64,000 nucleotides of DNA from a virus. The position numbers were made by a program, and so were the translations under genes. Shown piece by piece: positions 48,358-57,051 of this stretch. Position 1 is the stretch's first letter. Every line of letters begins with the position of its first letter. The stretch spans positions 6,070 through 70,069 of the IMG/VR virus record IMGVR_UViG_3300021091_005158. One strand, given 5' to 3'. Under the pieces are notes generated by a model. That model made no database searches. It was not told the origin of the DNA and saw only the letters and a program-made list of their open reading frames with translations.

Positions 48358-49122
48358 ATGAGAGTAGTTCTTATAAGTGATACTCATACTAGACATAAGT
48401 ATTTAACTTCGAAGGGAACGGGAAACATTCTCAAAGAAGGCGACTTGTTAATACATGCAGGAGATTTTTCTAGTGTTGGTCAAAAAGGAGAAGTTCAAAA
48501 TTTTATTAAATGGTTAGACCAGCAATCAAAAAACTATACATACGGAGCTATTTTTATAGCTGGAAATCATGATAGGAGTTTTGATCCAAAATATTTTAGA
48601 GAGTATGAAGATAACGATTTATGGGGCGATTTTTCGCACCTTAAAAAGCCCGAGTGGGTTTGTAATATTTTATCTGATCTTAAATCTAGCAGTTCTAGCG
48701 TTACTTATTTGGAAAACCAGGACGTAACTGTAAATAAACTTAAGATATGGGGATCTCCTGTAACGCCTTGGTTTTTTGGAGAAAAGTGGGCTTTCAATAA
48801 ACAAAGAGGAGCTGAAATAAAAGAGGTTTGGAATAAAATTCCAGTAGATACTGATATTATAATAACCCACTGTCCTGTTATAGGTCGGTTAGATTATGTT
48901 CCATCTACTAAAGAATATGCAGGATGTGAAGAATTAAGAAATAAGATTGAAGAAATAAAACCAGTACTACATGTATGTGGACATATACACGAAGGGTATG
49001 GAGAAAGTATAGTTAACGGTACAGTATATGTAAACGCTAGCATATGCGATCGATTTTATGACCCTATAAATAAACCTATTGTAATTGATATTGATATTAA
49101 AAATAAAAATGTAATTTATTAA
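48358..49122 (+). CDS. Calcineurin-like metallophosphoesterase
   Basis: VVLISDTHTRH, HAGDF, IAGNHD, ITHCP, CGHIHE: the metal-binding motif series. Confidence 0.65.
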   Translation: MRVVLISDTHTRHKYLTSKGTGNILKEGDLLIHAGDFSSVGQKGEVQNFIKWLDQQSKNYTYGAIFIAGNHDRSFDPKYFREYEDNDLWGDFSHLKKPEWVCNILSDLKSSSSSVTYLENQDVTVNKLKIWGSPVTPWFFGEKWAFNKQRGAEIKEVWNKIPVDTDIIITHCPVIGRLDYVPSTKEYAGCEELRNKIEEIKPVLHVCGHIHEGYGESIVNGTVYVNASICDRFYDPINKPIVIDIDIKNKNVIY

Positions 49123-49124
49123 TA

Positions 49125-49475
49125 ATGGAAAATAAAACTTTTGATTTTGCAAAGTATCAAGGAGTCTTGTTAAAACTCACTAAAACAGAAGATAGAAGAT
49201 TTTCTGATAATCACCCTAATGGCGTTGAGGTCGGACGTGTAGAAAAAGGACTTCTTCATTTAGAGAATTCCAATAAGTACCAATGCGTGTTTATTCTAGA
49301 CGGACCTGACCGCTACTTTCATACATCACAGGTTTTAGAAATTTGGGAACATGAAGGATATGATTTAGTGAAAACTCTTAACTCTACTTATAAAATTGAA
49401 CCACAAATAGTATCGATTCCAGGTGAACAGCAAAAACATTCTGTAGATATTGTTTCATCAGAGAAAAATTCTTAA
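49125..49475 (+). CDS. Hypothetical protein
   Basis: ORF only. Confidence 0.25.
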   Translation: MENKTFDFAKYQGVLLKLTKTEDRRFSDNHPNGVEVGRVEKGLLHLENSNKYQCVFILDGPDRYFHTSQVLEIWEHEGYDLVKTLNSTYKIEPQIVSIPGEQQKHSVDIVSSEKNS

Positions 49476-49492
49476 TTTTACAAAAAAGAAGT

Positions 49493-49744
49493 ATGGTATA
49501 TTATTTTACTGCAGCCTGGTGTGGACCTTGTAAAATGTTTAAGCCAATAGTCCAAGAAGTAAGCTCGGAACTTGAAATCGGCATAGTTTATGTAGACGTA
49601 GATCAGCAGAGAGATATGGCGATGAAGTACGGTGTAACAAGTGTTCCAACTATAATGATTGAAAACAACGGAAGTGTTTTATATAGAAATTCCGGCGTTA
49701 TATCAAAATCGCAATTAAAACAAGCTTTATCACAATTCAGGTAA
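49493..49744 (+). CDS. trxA: Thioredoxin
   Basis: WCGPCK active site; 83 aa. Confidence 0.8.
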   Translation: MVYYFTAAWCGPCKMFKPIVQEVSSELEIGIVYVDVDQQRDMAMKYGVTSVPTIMIENNGSVLYRNSGVISKSQLKQALSQFR

Positions 49745-49880
49745 ATTATATCGTAAACTCTAGCAACCATCTATATTCTTGTAATACCTTGACACCTTAC
49801 AAGCCTTATCTTTACTTTTTAGTCTAATTTTATATATTTATAACTAATAATTACACATAAAATAAAAATAAAATAAAATC

Positions 49881-50771
49881 ATGAAAAAAATTGCAAAAAT
49901 TTTAATTGCACTCGGAATTGGTTCTCTCATAGCAGGAGCAATTTTATGGAATTGGAATCAACCAACTCCAACTCCACCTCAACCATTACCAACAGTAGAT
50001 ACAACACAATACACTGATGTCGTGTTAGTAAACAAATCACAACTTGATTCAGTTCAAGTGTGGGTTACCCTCCAAGCAGGAGAATCAATTGTTGGTCTAT
50101 TTGGTATGGACTCTTCGAACATGTTCAACAGTCAATCAGATGTTGGTAACTTTTGGGCTAAAAAAGGTATTGAATATCACTTAGGCGATACAACCGCTTT
50201 AACTGGTGTTATCGTTACATGGGGAGTTCAAAACCAAGCGTGTACAGCTGCACAAGCTGCAGGTTATCCATTCGGTATTAATAATTTCGAATTTACGGTA
50301 AATACATGGTGGCAAAACGGTGAGCTAACAGGTGCGGGCGAATCATTTGATATCACATGTGTTGATGGACTACATTCCATACTACAACAAAACGTAACTT
50401 CATTCGGTCCGAGAGTAGATTCCGTCCTTTCTCCAAATTTCGGAGCATTTTGGGATTTCGGATATAAAGATAACACAGGAAAACTTAAGCCATTCGTTGG
50501 TTCAACAAACGGTGCTACTTTTGCTGAATGTGTAAATATTCCTGGTGTATTCCCTTACCAATGTGATTGGGGATACAGACAGTATTCACCACCTCCAGCA
50601 TGTAGTAATCCTTCCTATCCTGTAAAATGTTCTGATAAATGGGGACAAATAAATACGTCTCAAACAAATAGACAAGGTCAAGGTGGTCAAGTCATTTGTA
50701 CATTTATAGGATTTACAGCTGACCTACAACCAGGTTCAGGTGATAGTGCTTCAACCTTAAAGGTAAAGTAA
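49881..50771 (+). CDS. Secreted/anchored Cys-rich protein
   Basis: N-terminal signal/anchor MKKIAKILIALGIGSLIAGAIL; about 12 Cys in the mature part. Confidence 0.3.
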   Translation: MKKIAKILIALGIGSLIAGAILWNWNQPTPTPPQPLPTVDTTQYTDVVLVNKSQLDSVQVWVTLQAGESIVGLFGMDSSNMFNSQSDVGNFWAKKGIEYHLGDTTALTGVIVTWGVQNQACTAAQAAGYPFGINNFEFTVNTWWQNGELTGAGESFDITCVDGLHSILQQNVTSFGPRVDSVLSPNFGAFWDFGYKDNTGKLKPFVGSTNGATFAECVNIPGVFPYQCDWGYRQYSPPPACSNPSYPVKCSDKWGQINTSQTNRQGQGGQVICTFIGFTADLQPGSGDSASTLKVK

Positions 50772-50850
50772 AAAGATTTCATCTAATAATCAGCCGCTAA
50801 GGCTACGCAGGATCAATATCTTTTGCTTTATAGTTAGTTCTTTATAATAT

Positions 50851-51278
50851 GGGGGAGTCCAGGTATTGCTCCGTAATGTGAAGGTAATACTACATGCAGG
50901 CGTTTGGATATGTCGCCTTTAAACAAATTTTCAAACAATAAATGACGAAATGTCAACAATGACCTATGATGACCTAGTGGCATTTGTAGGTGCTGAAGAG
51001 TACGCATACGCGGCTTAGTAAGCTTGGGGCAGCTGATAGCCTCGCAACAGAACAGCAGCGAGTCGTACGCTATAGAGACGGCATCCGGACGCATATTGCG
51101 AGCCGTGAGTTTCCTAGTTTAGAGTAAAATTAGGTGGTGGAAGGCACGCTAACCAAAACTAGTGGCCCCAACTACTGATCAGCTTGCAGATCTAAGCATG
51201 TGATACGCTGGTGTTATTGTTCCTTATGGATACACGGGTTCGATTCCCGTCTCCTCCACTATTTATAGATGTAAAAGA
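50851..51278 (+). ncRNA. ssrA: tmRNA (SsrA)-like gene
   Basis: 5' GGGGGAG pairs with 3' CTCCTCC (7 bp, one G-U), followed by discriminator A. T-arm acggg-TTCGATT-cccgt. Internal tag-like ORF ggt gct gaa gag tac gca tac gcg gct TAG TAA (G-A-E-E-Y-A-Y-A-A**) at 50989-51021. Confidence 0.55.
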
Positions 51279-51285
51279 GTATGAA

Positions 51286-51331
51286 AACGTTACTTACATC
51301 TATATCTTTTTCATTAAGCACCTTTATAGTA
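51286..51331 (+). terminator. Intrinsic terminator downstream of tmRNA
   Basis: tagatgtaa ... ttacatcta 9-bp stem followed by a T-rich tract (tatctttttc). Confidence 0.5.
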
Positions 51332-51429
51332 GTACAACCTACTGGTGTATATACAGGAAATTTTTCAAATAAATTAAAGACCGGGCCTATAAAAGGTAAC
51401 AAAAATGATACATAGTTAAATAAAGTATT

Positions 51430-52287
51430 ATGAAAAAATGTATTTTATTTGTTTTTTTAATATTCTTATTACAATTTTCAACTTTTTCTCAAACTGAAAA
51501 AGACCAGAAATTATCAATTCGTAATAATATTTCTTCACAATCAACTACTGCTACATCGCGAATCACAACCACCGAAAGTTTCGATAAACAAGAAATAAAA
51601 AGAGAACAATATAGGTCTAAACAAAACACTTTTAAACCGCCTTCTCCACCGATGTGGGGTGGAATTGGCGGATGGAATCAATGGCGTAGATGGGGAGCTC
51701 CATATTTCTACAATAATGTTTATGATTGGAATGTATACGACAGATGGGGATATAAAAAACCTGCAAAAATATTTCAGCATTTAAATGGTAAAAGAGATAC
51801 TATTATTAGTAAAAAAAATAAAGTTAGAGTTGGTATTAATTTATCAACGAATAATGAACTTGGAGCATGGTTTACAATTGGAAAAGGCGTTTATTTAAAA
51901 GGGCAGTTTAACAAAATTATGAGTGGTGACCGCTCTGAATTTTATAATCACTCAAATGTGAATTTTTATAATGCTTCAACAGTTTGGAATGACCAGAGAT
52001 TAGTAGATATAATTAAAGGATGGTCAGTATATTTTGGAGTAGGAAGGGAAATGAAACATTTTGGTGTTAATTTATCATTTGGTATAGGAAACGAGCAGGA
52101 AAATTTTCAGTTTTATGATGAGCTGAAAATACTTTCTAATAATGGAAGATACTCGTTTAAAAACTTTATAGACAATTACGTTTCAACAAGTGTTGGAATT
52201 ACTCATGATTATAAATTTGTATCAATTTCTGCAGATTATGACCCATTTAGAAAGACGTTTTGGTTAGGAACTGGGTTTAATTTTTAA
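51430..52287 (+). CDS. Putative outer-membrane beta-barrel (OMP-like) protein
   Basis: Signal peptide MKKCILFVFLIFLLQFSTFSQ; alternating amphipathic strands; C-terminal ...GTGFNF (terminal Phe typical of OMPs). Confidence 0.35.
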   Translation: MKKCILFVFLIFLLQFSTFSQTEKDQKLSIRNNISSQSTTATSRITTTESFDKQEIKREQYRSKQNTFKPPSPPMWGGIGGWNQWRRWGAPYFYNNVYDWNVYDRWGYKKPAKIFQHLNGKRDTIISKKNKVRVGINLSTNNELGAWFTIGKGVYLKGQFNKIMSGDRSEFYNHSNVNFYNASTVWNDQRLVDIIKGWSVYFGVGREMKHFGVNLSFGIGNEQENFQFYDELKILSNNGRYSFKNFIDNYVSTSVGITHDYKFVSISADYDPFRKTFWLGTGFNF

Positions 52288-52288
52288 T

Positions 52289-52612
52289 ATGATTACAGTA
52301 ACAGAAACAGCAAGTAAAAAAATCCATGAATTAATAAATCAAAGTGGATTCAATAAACCATATCTTCGTGTTGGAGTTAAAGGTGGAGGCTGCTCAGGCT
52401 TAACTTATGAATTAGAATTTGATACGGATAAAAAACAAGGTGATGAATTATTTGAAGATAAGAACGTAAAAATTTTAGTTAACATGAAATCTTTATTATA
52501 TTTATTTGGCACTGAATTAGAATTTAGTGATGGATTAAATGGTAAAGGATTTCAATTTATAAACCCAAATGCAAATAGAACCTGCGGTTGCGGAGAATCG
52601 TTTGCAGTATAA
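52289..52612 (+). CDS. iscA: Fe-S cluster carrier IscA/HesB family
   Basis: GGCSGLTYELEF ... CGCGESF: the three-Cys IscA signature. Confidence 0.75.
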   Translation: MITVTETASKKIHELINQSGFNKPYLRVGVKGGGCSGLTYELEFDTDKKQGDELFEDKNVKILVNMKSLLYLFGTELEFSDGLNGKGFQFINPNANRTCGCGESFAV

Positions 52613-52704
52613 AAATAAGAATTAAGTTTATGTAGCAAGCTAAATAATAATCAAAAATAACACTACATACAAATAGTCATTAATAATAATCAAAAATCAA
52701 GAGT

Positions 52705-52947
52705 ATGAGATGGTTTAAATCGCTGTTTGATGACAGCAACACAATTAATGAAAAAGCAGTTGTAGGATTTGGTGCATTTATTATGATGGTAATTACTCTA
52801 GTAATAGATATTATTACAGGAGTAATGGGAAAAGATATGCCTATACATGAATTTGTATTTGATGGTTTTATGATAATAGTTCTCGGCTCTTTTGGTATTG
52901 CATCAGTCGACAAGTTTATCAATAAGAACAAAAGCGACGAAAAATGA
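52705..52947 (+). CDS. Small membrane protein
   Basis: Two hydrophobic helices. Confidence 0.3.
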   Translation: MRWFKSLFDDSNTINEKAVVGFGAFIMMVITLVIDIITGVMGKDMPIHEFVFDGFMIIVLGSFGIASVDKFINKNKSDEK

Positions 52948-53167
52948 AAAATCTGTCAAAAGAGGAGTTGGTAAGCAGGTTAGAGGCAATAGTCGGAACA
53001 ATTATGGGTATAAAGTATGCTACCAAAGAGGCAAAAAAGGAAAACGCCACTATCTAAGAGAAGAGATTTGCTGTAAACTCTTTTTTTTTATTTAAATGTT
53101 TGTAATTTAAAATAAAATACTTATATTAGTATACTGAAGACGGTTTGAAAGCGTTTACAAAACGGAG

Positions 53168-53240
53168 TGACTATTAGCTCAGAAGGTTAGAGCAAGCCCT
53201 AAATCAGGCCGTGCCACTGGTTCGATTCCAGTATAGTCAC
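53168..53240 (+). tRNA. tRNA-like gene with non-canonical anticodon arm (possible pseudo-tRNA)
   Basis: Acceptor tgactat/atagtca, D-arm gctc-agaaggtta-gagc and T-arm actgg-TTCGATT-ccagt are intact. The 17-nt anticodon region agccctaaatcaggccg does not fold into a 5-bp stem. Confidence 0.35.
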
Positions 53241-53247
53241 CTTATAC

Positions 53248-53321
53248 TGACTCTTAGCTCAGTTGGTGAGAGCGGCTGACTCATAATCAGTAGGTGACTG
53301 GTTCGATTCCAGTAGAGTCAA
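53248..53321 (+). tRNA. tRNA-Met/Ile2 (anticodon CAT)
   Basis: Acceptor tgactct/agagtca; D-arm gctc...gagc; anticodon stem gctga/tcagt with loop ctCATaa; T-arm actgg-TTCGATT-ccagt. Confidence 0.7.
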
Positions 53322-53323
53322 CG

Positions 53324-53421
53324 AACAGGGTGGCGAAAAAGAGCGGGCATATGACCGCCGAAGGTTAGACGTAGACGAAAGTCTGCCGCAAGGCGTGAAG
53401 GTTCGATTCCTTCCCCTGTTC
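53324..53421 (+). tRNA. Long tRNA-like element (possibly a type II tRNA or a tRNA with an insertion)
   Basis: Acceptor aacaggg/ccctgtt; T-arm gaagg-(g)TTCGATT-ccttc; about 98 nt with the internal hairpins gcgg..ccgc and tagac..gtctg. The D-arm could not be resolved by eye. Confidence 0.35.
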
Positions 53422-53435
53422 CAAGTTACTGCTCT

Positions 53436-53735
53436 TTGACATATAAGGAGAGACAAATTATGGAAACACTATCATTCATTTTAGGGATAGCGTCTGTGGT
53501 GGTTATTGCTACGGCAATAGTTGCTGTTTACGCATTCGTTAAGGTAAATAAAGTACAAATACGAGTTAATGATCTAGAAACGTTATTATCTCGTGAAAAT
53601 GAAAACATTCTCAGAATAATTAATACTGAAATTCAAAACGTATCTAGACATGTTGATAATGTTGAAAGAGATATTTACAGTCAAATGGATTCACGTTTTG
53701 ATAGATTAGAAAATAAATTAACTAACAAAAAATAA
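53436..53735 (+). CDS. Membrane-anchored coiled-coil protein
   Basis: N-terminal TM helix followed by a helical segment. Confidence 0.3.
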   Translation: MTYKERQIMETLSFILGIASVVVIATAIVAVYAFVKVNKVQIRVNDLETLLSRENENILRIINTEIQNVSRHVDNVERDIYSQMDSRFDRLENKLTNKK

Positions 53736-53792
53736 AAAACAAGTTGAAGAGCAGTAACTTTTTTCTTATAATAAAAGTATAAACTAGATAAT

Positions 53793-54026
53793 ATGCTGCA
53801 AAAGCAAGTGAATCTTAACATATCTCTTGATAAGACTATTTCCATTACATGCGACGAGTGTGGAAATGATAAATTTACGCAAGTAACCTTCTTACGAAAA
53901 GTAAGCAAATTCATTGCCGGTACTGACAGCGACGCTCTTATACCTATTCCGAGTTTTGCTTGTAGTAAATGCGGATACGTAAATAAAGAGTTTCAACCTA
54001 AAAATTTAGCTAATGACTTGGAATAG
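53793..54026 (+). CDS. Zinc-ribbon protein
   Basis: CDECGN ... CSKCGY: paired CxxC motifs. Confidence 0.4.
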   Translation: MLQKQVNLNISLDKTISITCDECGNDKFTQVTFLRKVSKFIAGTDSDALIPIPSFACSKCGYVNKEFQPKNLANDLE

Positions 54027-54324
54027 AGATTTAGGGGCTATTACAATTACAAACGGACCTGGAAGACCTGAGGATAGTATTACGAAAGCGGTTATTAGCG
54101 ATTTAAACAGTAGAGCTGATAGAGGTTGGAAAAAGTATAATTCAACACTTAGTCAAAATAATCACGAAAATATGCTTCAGCATGCTTATGAAGAAGCTTT
54201 AGATTTCGCTCAATACTTAAAGAAAGAAATAACGACTCTTAATACTGTTCAGGATTTAGTTAAACAGTACCCTAACGATCAAGAGTTAGGTAATAAAATA
54301 AGAGCGTTATATGACAAAAGATAA
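54013..54324 (+). CDS. Hypothetical protein
   Basis: ORF only. Confidence 0.25.
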   Translation: MTWNRDLGAITITNGPGRPEDSITKAVISDLNSRADRGWKKYNSTLSQNNHENMLQHAYEEALDFAQYLKKEITTLNTVQDLVKQYPNDQELGNKIRALYDKR

Positions 54325-55180
54325 AACTGTATCATTTTCTCAATATCAAATCTATAAGACTTGTCCACACCAATGGTACCTATCTTATGTTAAAAAGCTA
54401 CAACCTTTTAAGCCTTCAGTACATTTAATTTTCGGTACAGCCTTCCATGAAACATTACAAAACTATTTAAAGGTAATGTTCGAGGTATCGATCTCTGCAG
54501 CAGATAAGATCGATCTACCTACTTATTTTAAAACTAGGTTTATAGAATTATATAAGGAGAACTCAGTAGTAAGCCATTTCTCAAATCCTGAAGAACTAAG
54601 CGAGTTCAATGACGATGCAGTAGCGATATTAAATTTTATTAAAAGAAAGCGAGGGTTATTTTTTAAGAGAAAGAATCACGAGCTCGTTGGTATAGAGATT
54701 CCTATTAACGGGACTATTGTAGAAGAATTGAAGTTCGTTAAGATGAAAGGTTTCATTGATCTCGTTATATATAATAAAATTCTCGATAAGTATACTATTT
54801 ACGATATTAAGACTTCTACAAGAGGCTGGTCTGACTACGAGAAGAAAGATCAAACTAAAATTAATCAAATTCTTTTGTATAAACGGTTTTTCTCAGCTTT
54901 ACGCAATGTTCCTGAAGATAAGATAGACATACAGTTTTTTATAGTACGTAGAAAAATCAATGAGAATCTTGAGTTTGCCCCTAAGAGAGTACAGGAGTTT
55001 ATACCCCCACACGGGATTAGGAAAGTAAAGAATGCTTTTGAAGATTTTCAAAGTTTCGTAAATGATGTCTTTAATTTAGAAGGAGGGTATCAAGAAAAGA
55101 TTTATTTTAAAAATATAGCTAAGTGCAAATTTTGCCCCTATTTCGATAAACCAGATCTTTGCGACAGAAAAAACAACTAG
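54311..55180 (+). CDS. PD-(D/E)XK nuclease, Cas4/RecB-like with 4-Cys cluster
   Basis: N-terminal KTCPHQWYL; core IDLVIY...YDIKTS (D...D.K); C-terminal CKFCPYFDKPDLC (the Cas4-type Fe-S cysteine arrangement). Confidence 0.55.
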   Translation: MTKDKTVSFSQYQIYKTCPHQWYLSYVKKLQPFKPSVHLIFGTAFHETLQNYLKVMFEVSISAADKIDLPTYFKTRFIELYKENSVVSHFSNPEELSEFNDDAVAILNFIKRKRGLFFKRKNHELVGIEIPINGTIVEELKFVKMKGFIDLVIYNKILDKYTIYDIKTSTRGWSDYEKKDQTKINQILLYKRFFSALRNVPEDKIDIQFFIVRRKINENLEFAPKRVQEFIPPHGIRKVKNAFEDFQSFVNDVFNLEGGYQEKIYFKNIAKCKFCPYFDKPDLCDRKNN

Positions 55181-55231
55181 TGATATATAGTTTTAGATAT
55201 AGATCGTACTATTTATTAATAAACCAAGTAT

Positions 55232-55438
55232 ATGCATATCGGCAAAAAAGGAGATATCCTGACAACAGTCAGGCTTCAAGATGAATTATTTGAAGCCTTT
55301 AAGCAAGAGGGCTTAAAGAATAGGATTACAATGAGAAATCTTTTAGAAAGAGCTATGTTCCTTTACCTTACAAACGAAGACTTCAAAAGAACTATTAATA
55401 ATCAATTAAGTGCTCGTTATATCAAACCAACAGAATAA
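55232..55438 (+). CDS. Hypothetical small protein
   Basis: ORF only. Confidence 0.25.
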   Translation: MHIGKKGDILTTVRLQDELFEAFKQEGLKNRITMRNLLERAMFLYLTNEDFKRTINNQLSARYIKPTE

Positions 55439-55604
55439 GTTTAAGTATTCAAAAATAGGCATGAGATTGTTATATATTTTGTTGGAAACTTATAAAATTA
55501 TTTAAAATTATACGAAAACTTTAATTATAGTTCTATGAATTATACTATGATAATATACTGTCTCAAGCAATTAAAAAAGTGAAAGATATAAATCTATAAA
55601 TTAC

Positions 55605-57050
55605 ATGTCAAAAGAAGGTTATATTCCAAAAGAGCAGAGAAAAAAAATACTTTTGCTTGCAGACGATATTCGATTTACCTCTGGAATATCTACAATGGCT
55701 AAAGAGATAGTTATCGGAACCTCTCATCGCTTAAACTGGGTTAACTTAGGCGCAGCTATTACACACCCAGAAGCAGGTAAAAAACTTGATTTATGCGCAG
55801 ATACAAACACTTTAGCGAAGATCGAAGATGCTTCGGTTTTTATATATCCTCACTCAGGTTATGGATCTCAAGAGATCTTACGTCAATTAATTGAAATCGA
55901 AAAGCCTGATGCTATCGTTTTCTTTACTGATCCTAGATATTGGATCTGGCTTTTTCAGATAGAGAATGAAGTAAGAAAGAAAATACCAATGGTATATCTT
56001 AATATATGGGACGATTTACCTGCACCTCTCTATAATAAAGCTTATTATGAATCTTGTGATGCATTGATGGCTATCTCAAAGCAAACTTTTAATATTAATA
56101 AGCTAGTACTTGGAGAAAAAGCTAAGGACAAAGTAATAAAATATGTTCCTCACGGTATCAACGAGGAAGTATTCTATCCCATTACTCCTGAAATGACAGA
56201 AGACTATAGTAAGGTTAAAGAGAAGAAAAAGAAGTTTTTTGGAGAAAATCAACCTAATTTCGTTATTCTTTATAACGCGCGAAATATTAGAAGGAAGTGT
56301 GTACCTGATTTGATAGTAGGTTATGTTGAATTTTGCAATCAGTTGCCTCTAGAAGAAGCTAAAAAATGTGCATTACTCCTACACACACAGCCTGTAGATG
56401 ATAACGGAACCGATCTTCCGGCAGTTATCGAGCTGTTATGTGATCCTGAGAGACATAGGGTAGTATTTTCTACTGATAGAAACTCTCCTTATGATATGAA
56501 TATATTATATAACTGCTGTGACGTAGTAGCCCTCGTCTCTTCTAATGAAGGATGGGGACTGTCGCTTACTGAAGGTATGATGTGTGGTAGGCCTATAATT
56601 GCAACAGTTACCGGAGGAATGCAAGATCAAATTAGATTTGAAGATAAGCAAGGCAATTGGATAGAGTTTAACGAAAACTTTTGTAGCAATCATTTCGGAA
56701 CTTATAAGACTCACGGCAATTGGGCATTCCCCATATTTCCTAGCAATATTAGTCTTGTAGGGTCCGTACCTACTCCGTATATCTTTGACGACAAAGCCGA
56801 CTTCCGAGATATCGCTATTCAAATATCTGCTTGTTATAAATCAGGCGAGAATTTCCGTAAGTTTATCGGAGCGGAAGCTCGAAAATGGGTAACTTCGGAC
56901 GAATCTATGATGTCAGCTAGAGCTATGTGTAAAAATGTTATAGATACACTTGAAGAGACTTTTGCTAAATGGAAGCCGAGACCAAGTCACGAATTTATTA
57001 AGATATCAAAATTACCTAAGAAAAAAATTATACATAAGCTAACTTATTAA
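55605..57050 (+). CDS. Glycosyltransferase, GT-B fold (GT4/GT1-like)
   Basis: SNEGWGLSLTEGMMCGRPIIATVTGG matches the E-x7-E / EGFG...EA.a.G.PvIa donor-binding motif. Confidence 0.55.
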   Translation: MSKEGYIPKEQRKKILLLADDIRFTSGISTMAKEIVIGTSHRLNWVNLGAAITHPEAGKKLDLCADTNTLAKIEDASVFIYPHSGYGSQEILRQLIEIEKPDAIVFFTDPRYWIWLFQIENEVRKKIPMVYLNIWDDLPAPLYNKAYYESCDALMAISKQTFNINKLVLGEKAKDKVIKYVPHGINEEVFYPITPEMTEDYSKVKEKKKKFFGENQPNFVILYNARNIRRKCVPDLIVGYVEFCNQLPLEEAKKCALLLHTQPVDDNGTDLPAVIELLCDPERHRVVFSTDRNSPYDMNILYNCCDVVALVSSNEGWGLSLTEGMMCGRPIIATVTGGMQDQIRFEDKQGNWIEFNENFCSNHFGTYKTHGNWAFPIFPSNISLVGSVPTPYIFDDKADFRDIAIQISACYKSGENFRKFIGAEARKWVTSDESMMSARAMCKNVIDTLEETFAKWKPRPSHEFIKISKLPKKKIIHKLTY

Positions 57051-57051
57051 A

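Noticed and set aside
49881-50771. Possible thaumatin-like / glucanase-like identity of the secreted Cys-rich protein
   Set aside because: Only a loose resemblance (DITCVDG, multiple Cys). Not enough motif support to call.
50834-51094. 86-aa minus-strand ORF across the tmRNA-like region
   Set aside because: The region is better explained as a structured RNA (acceptor/T-arm/tag ORF on the + strand). The antisense ORF is Cys/Leu-rich junk.
52892-53095. 67-aa basic ORF overlapping the end of the 52705-52947 membrane ORF and running toward the tRNA array
   Set aside because: Overlaps the preceding ORF by 55 nt with no obvious start context. Could be real, but unsupported.
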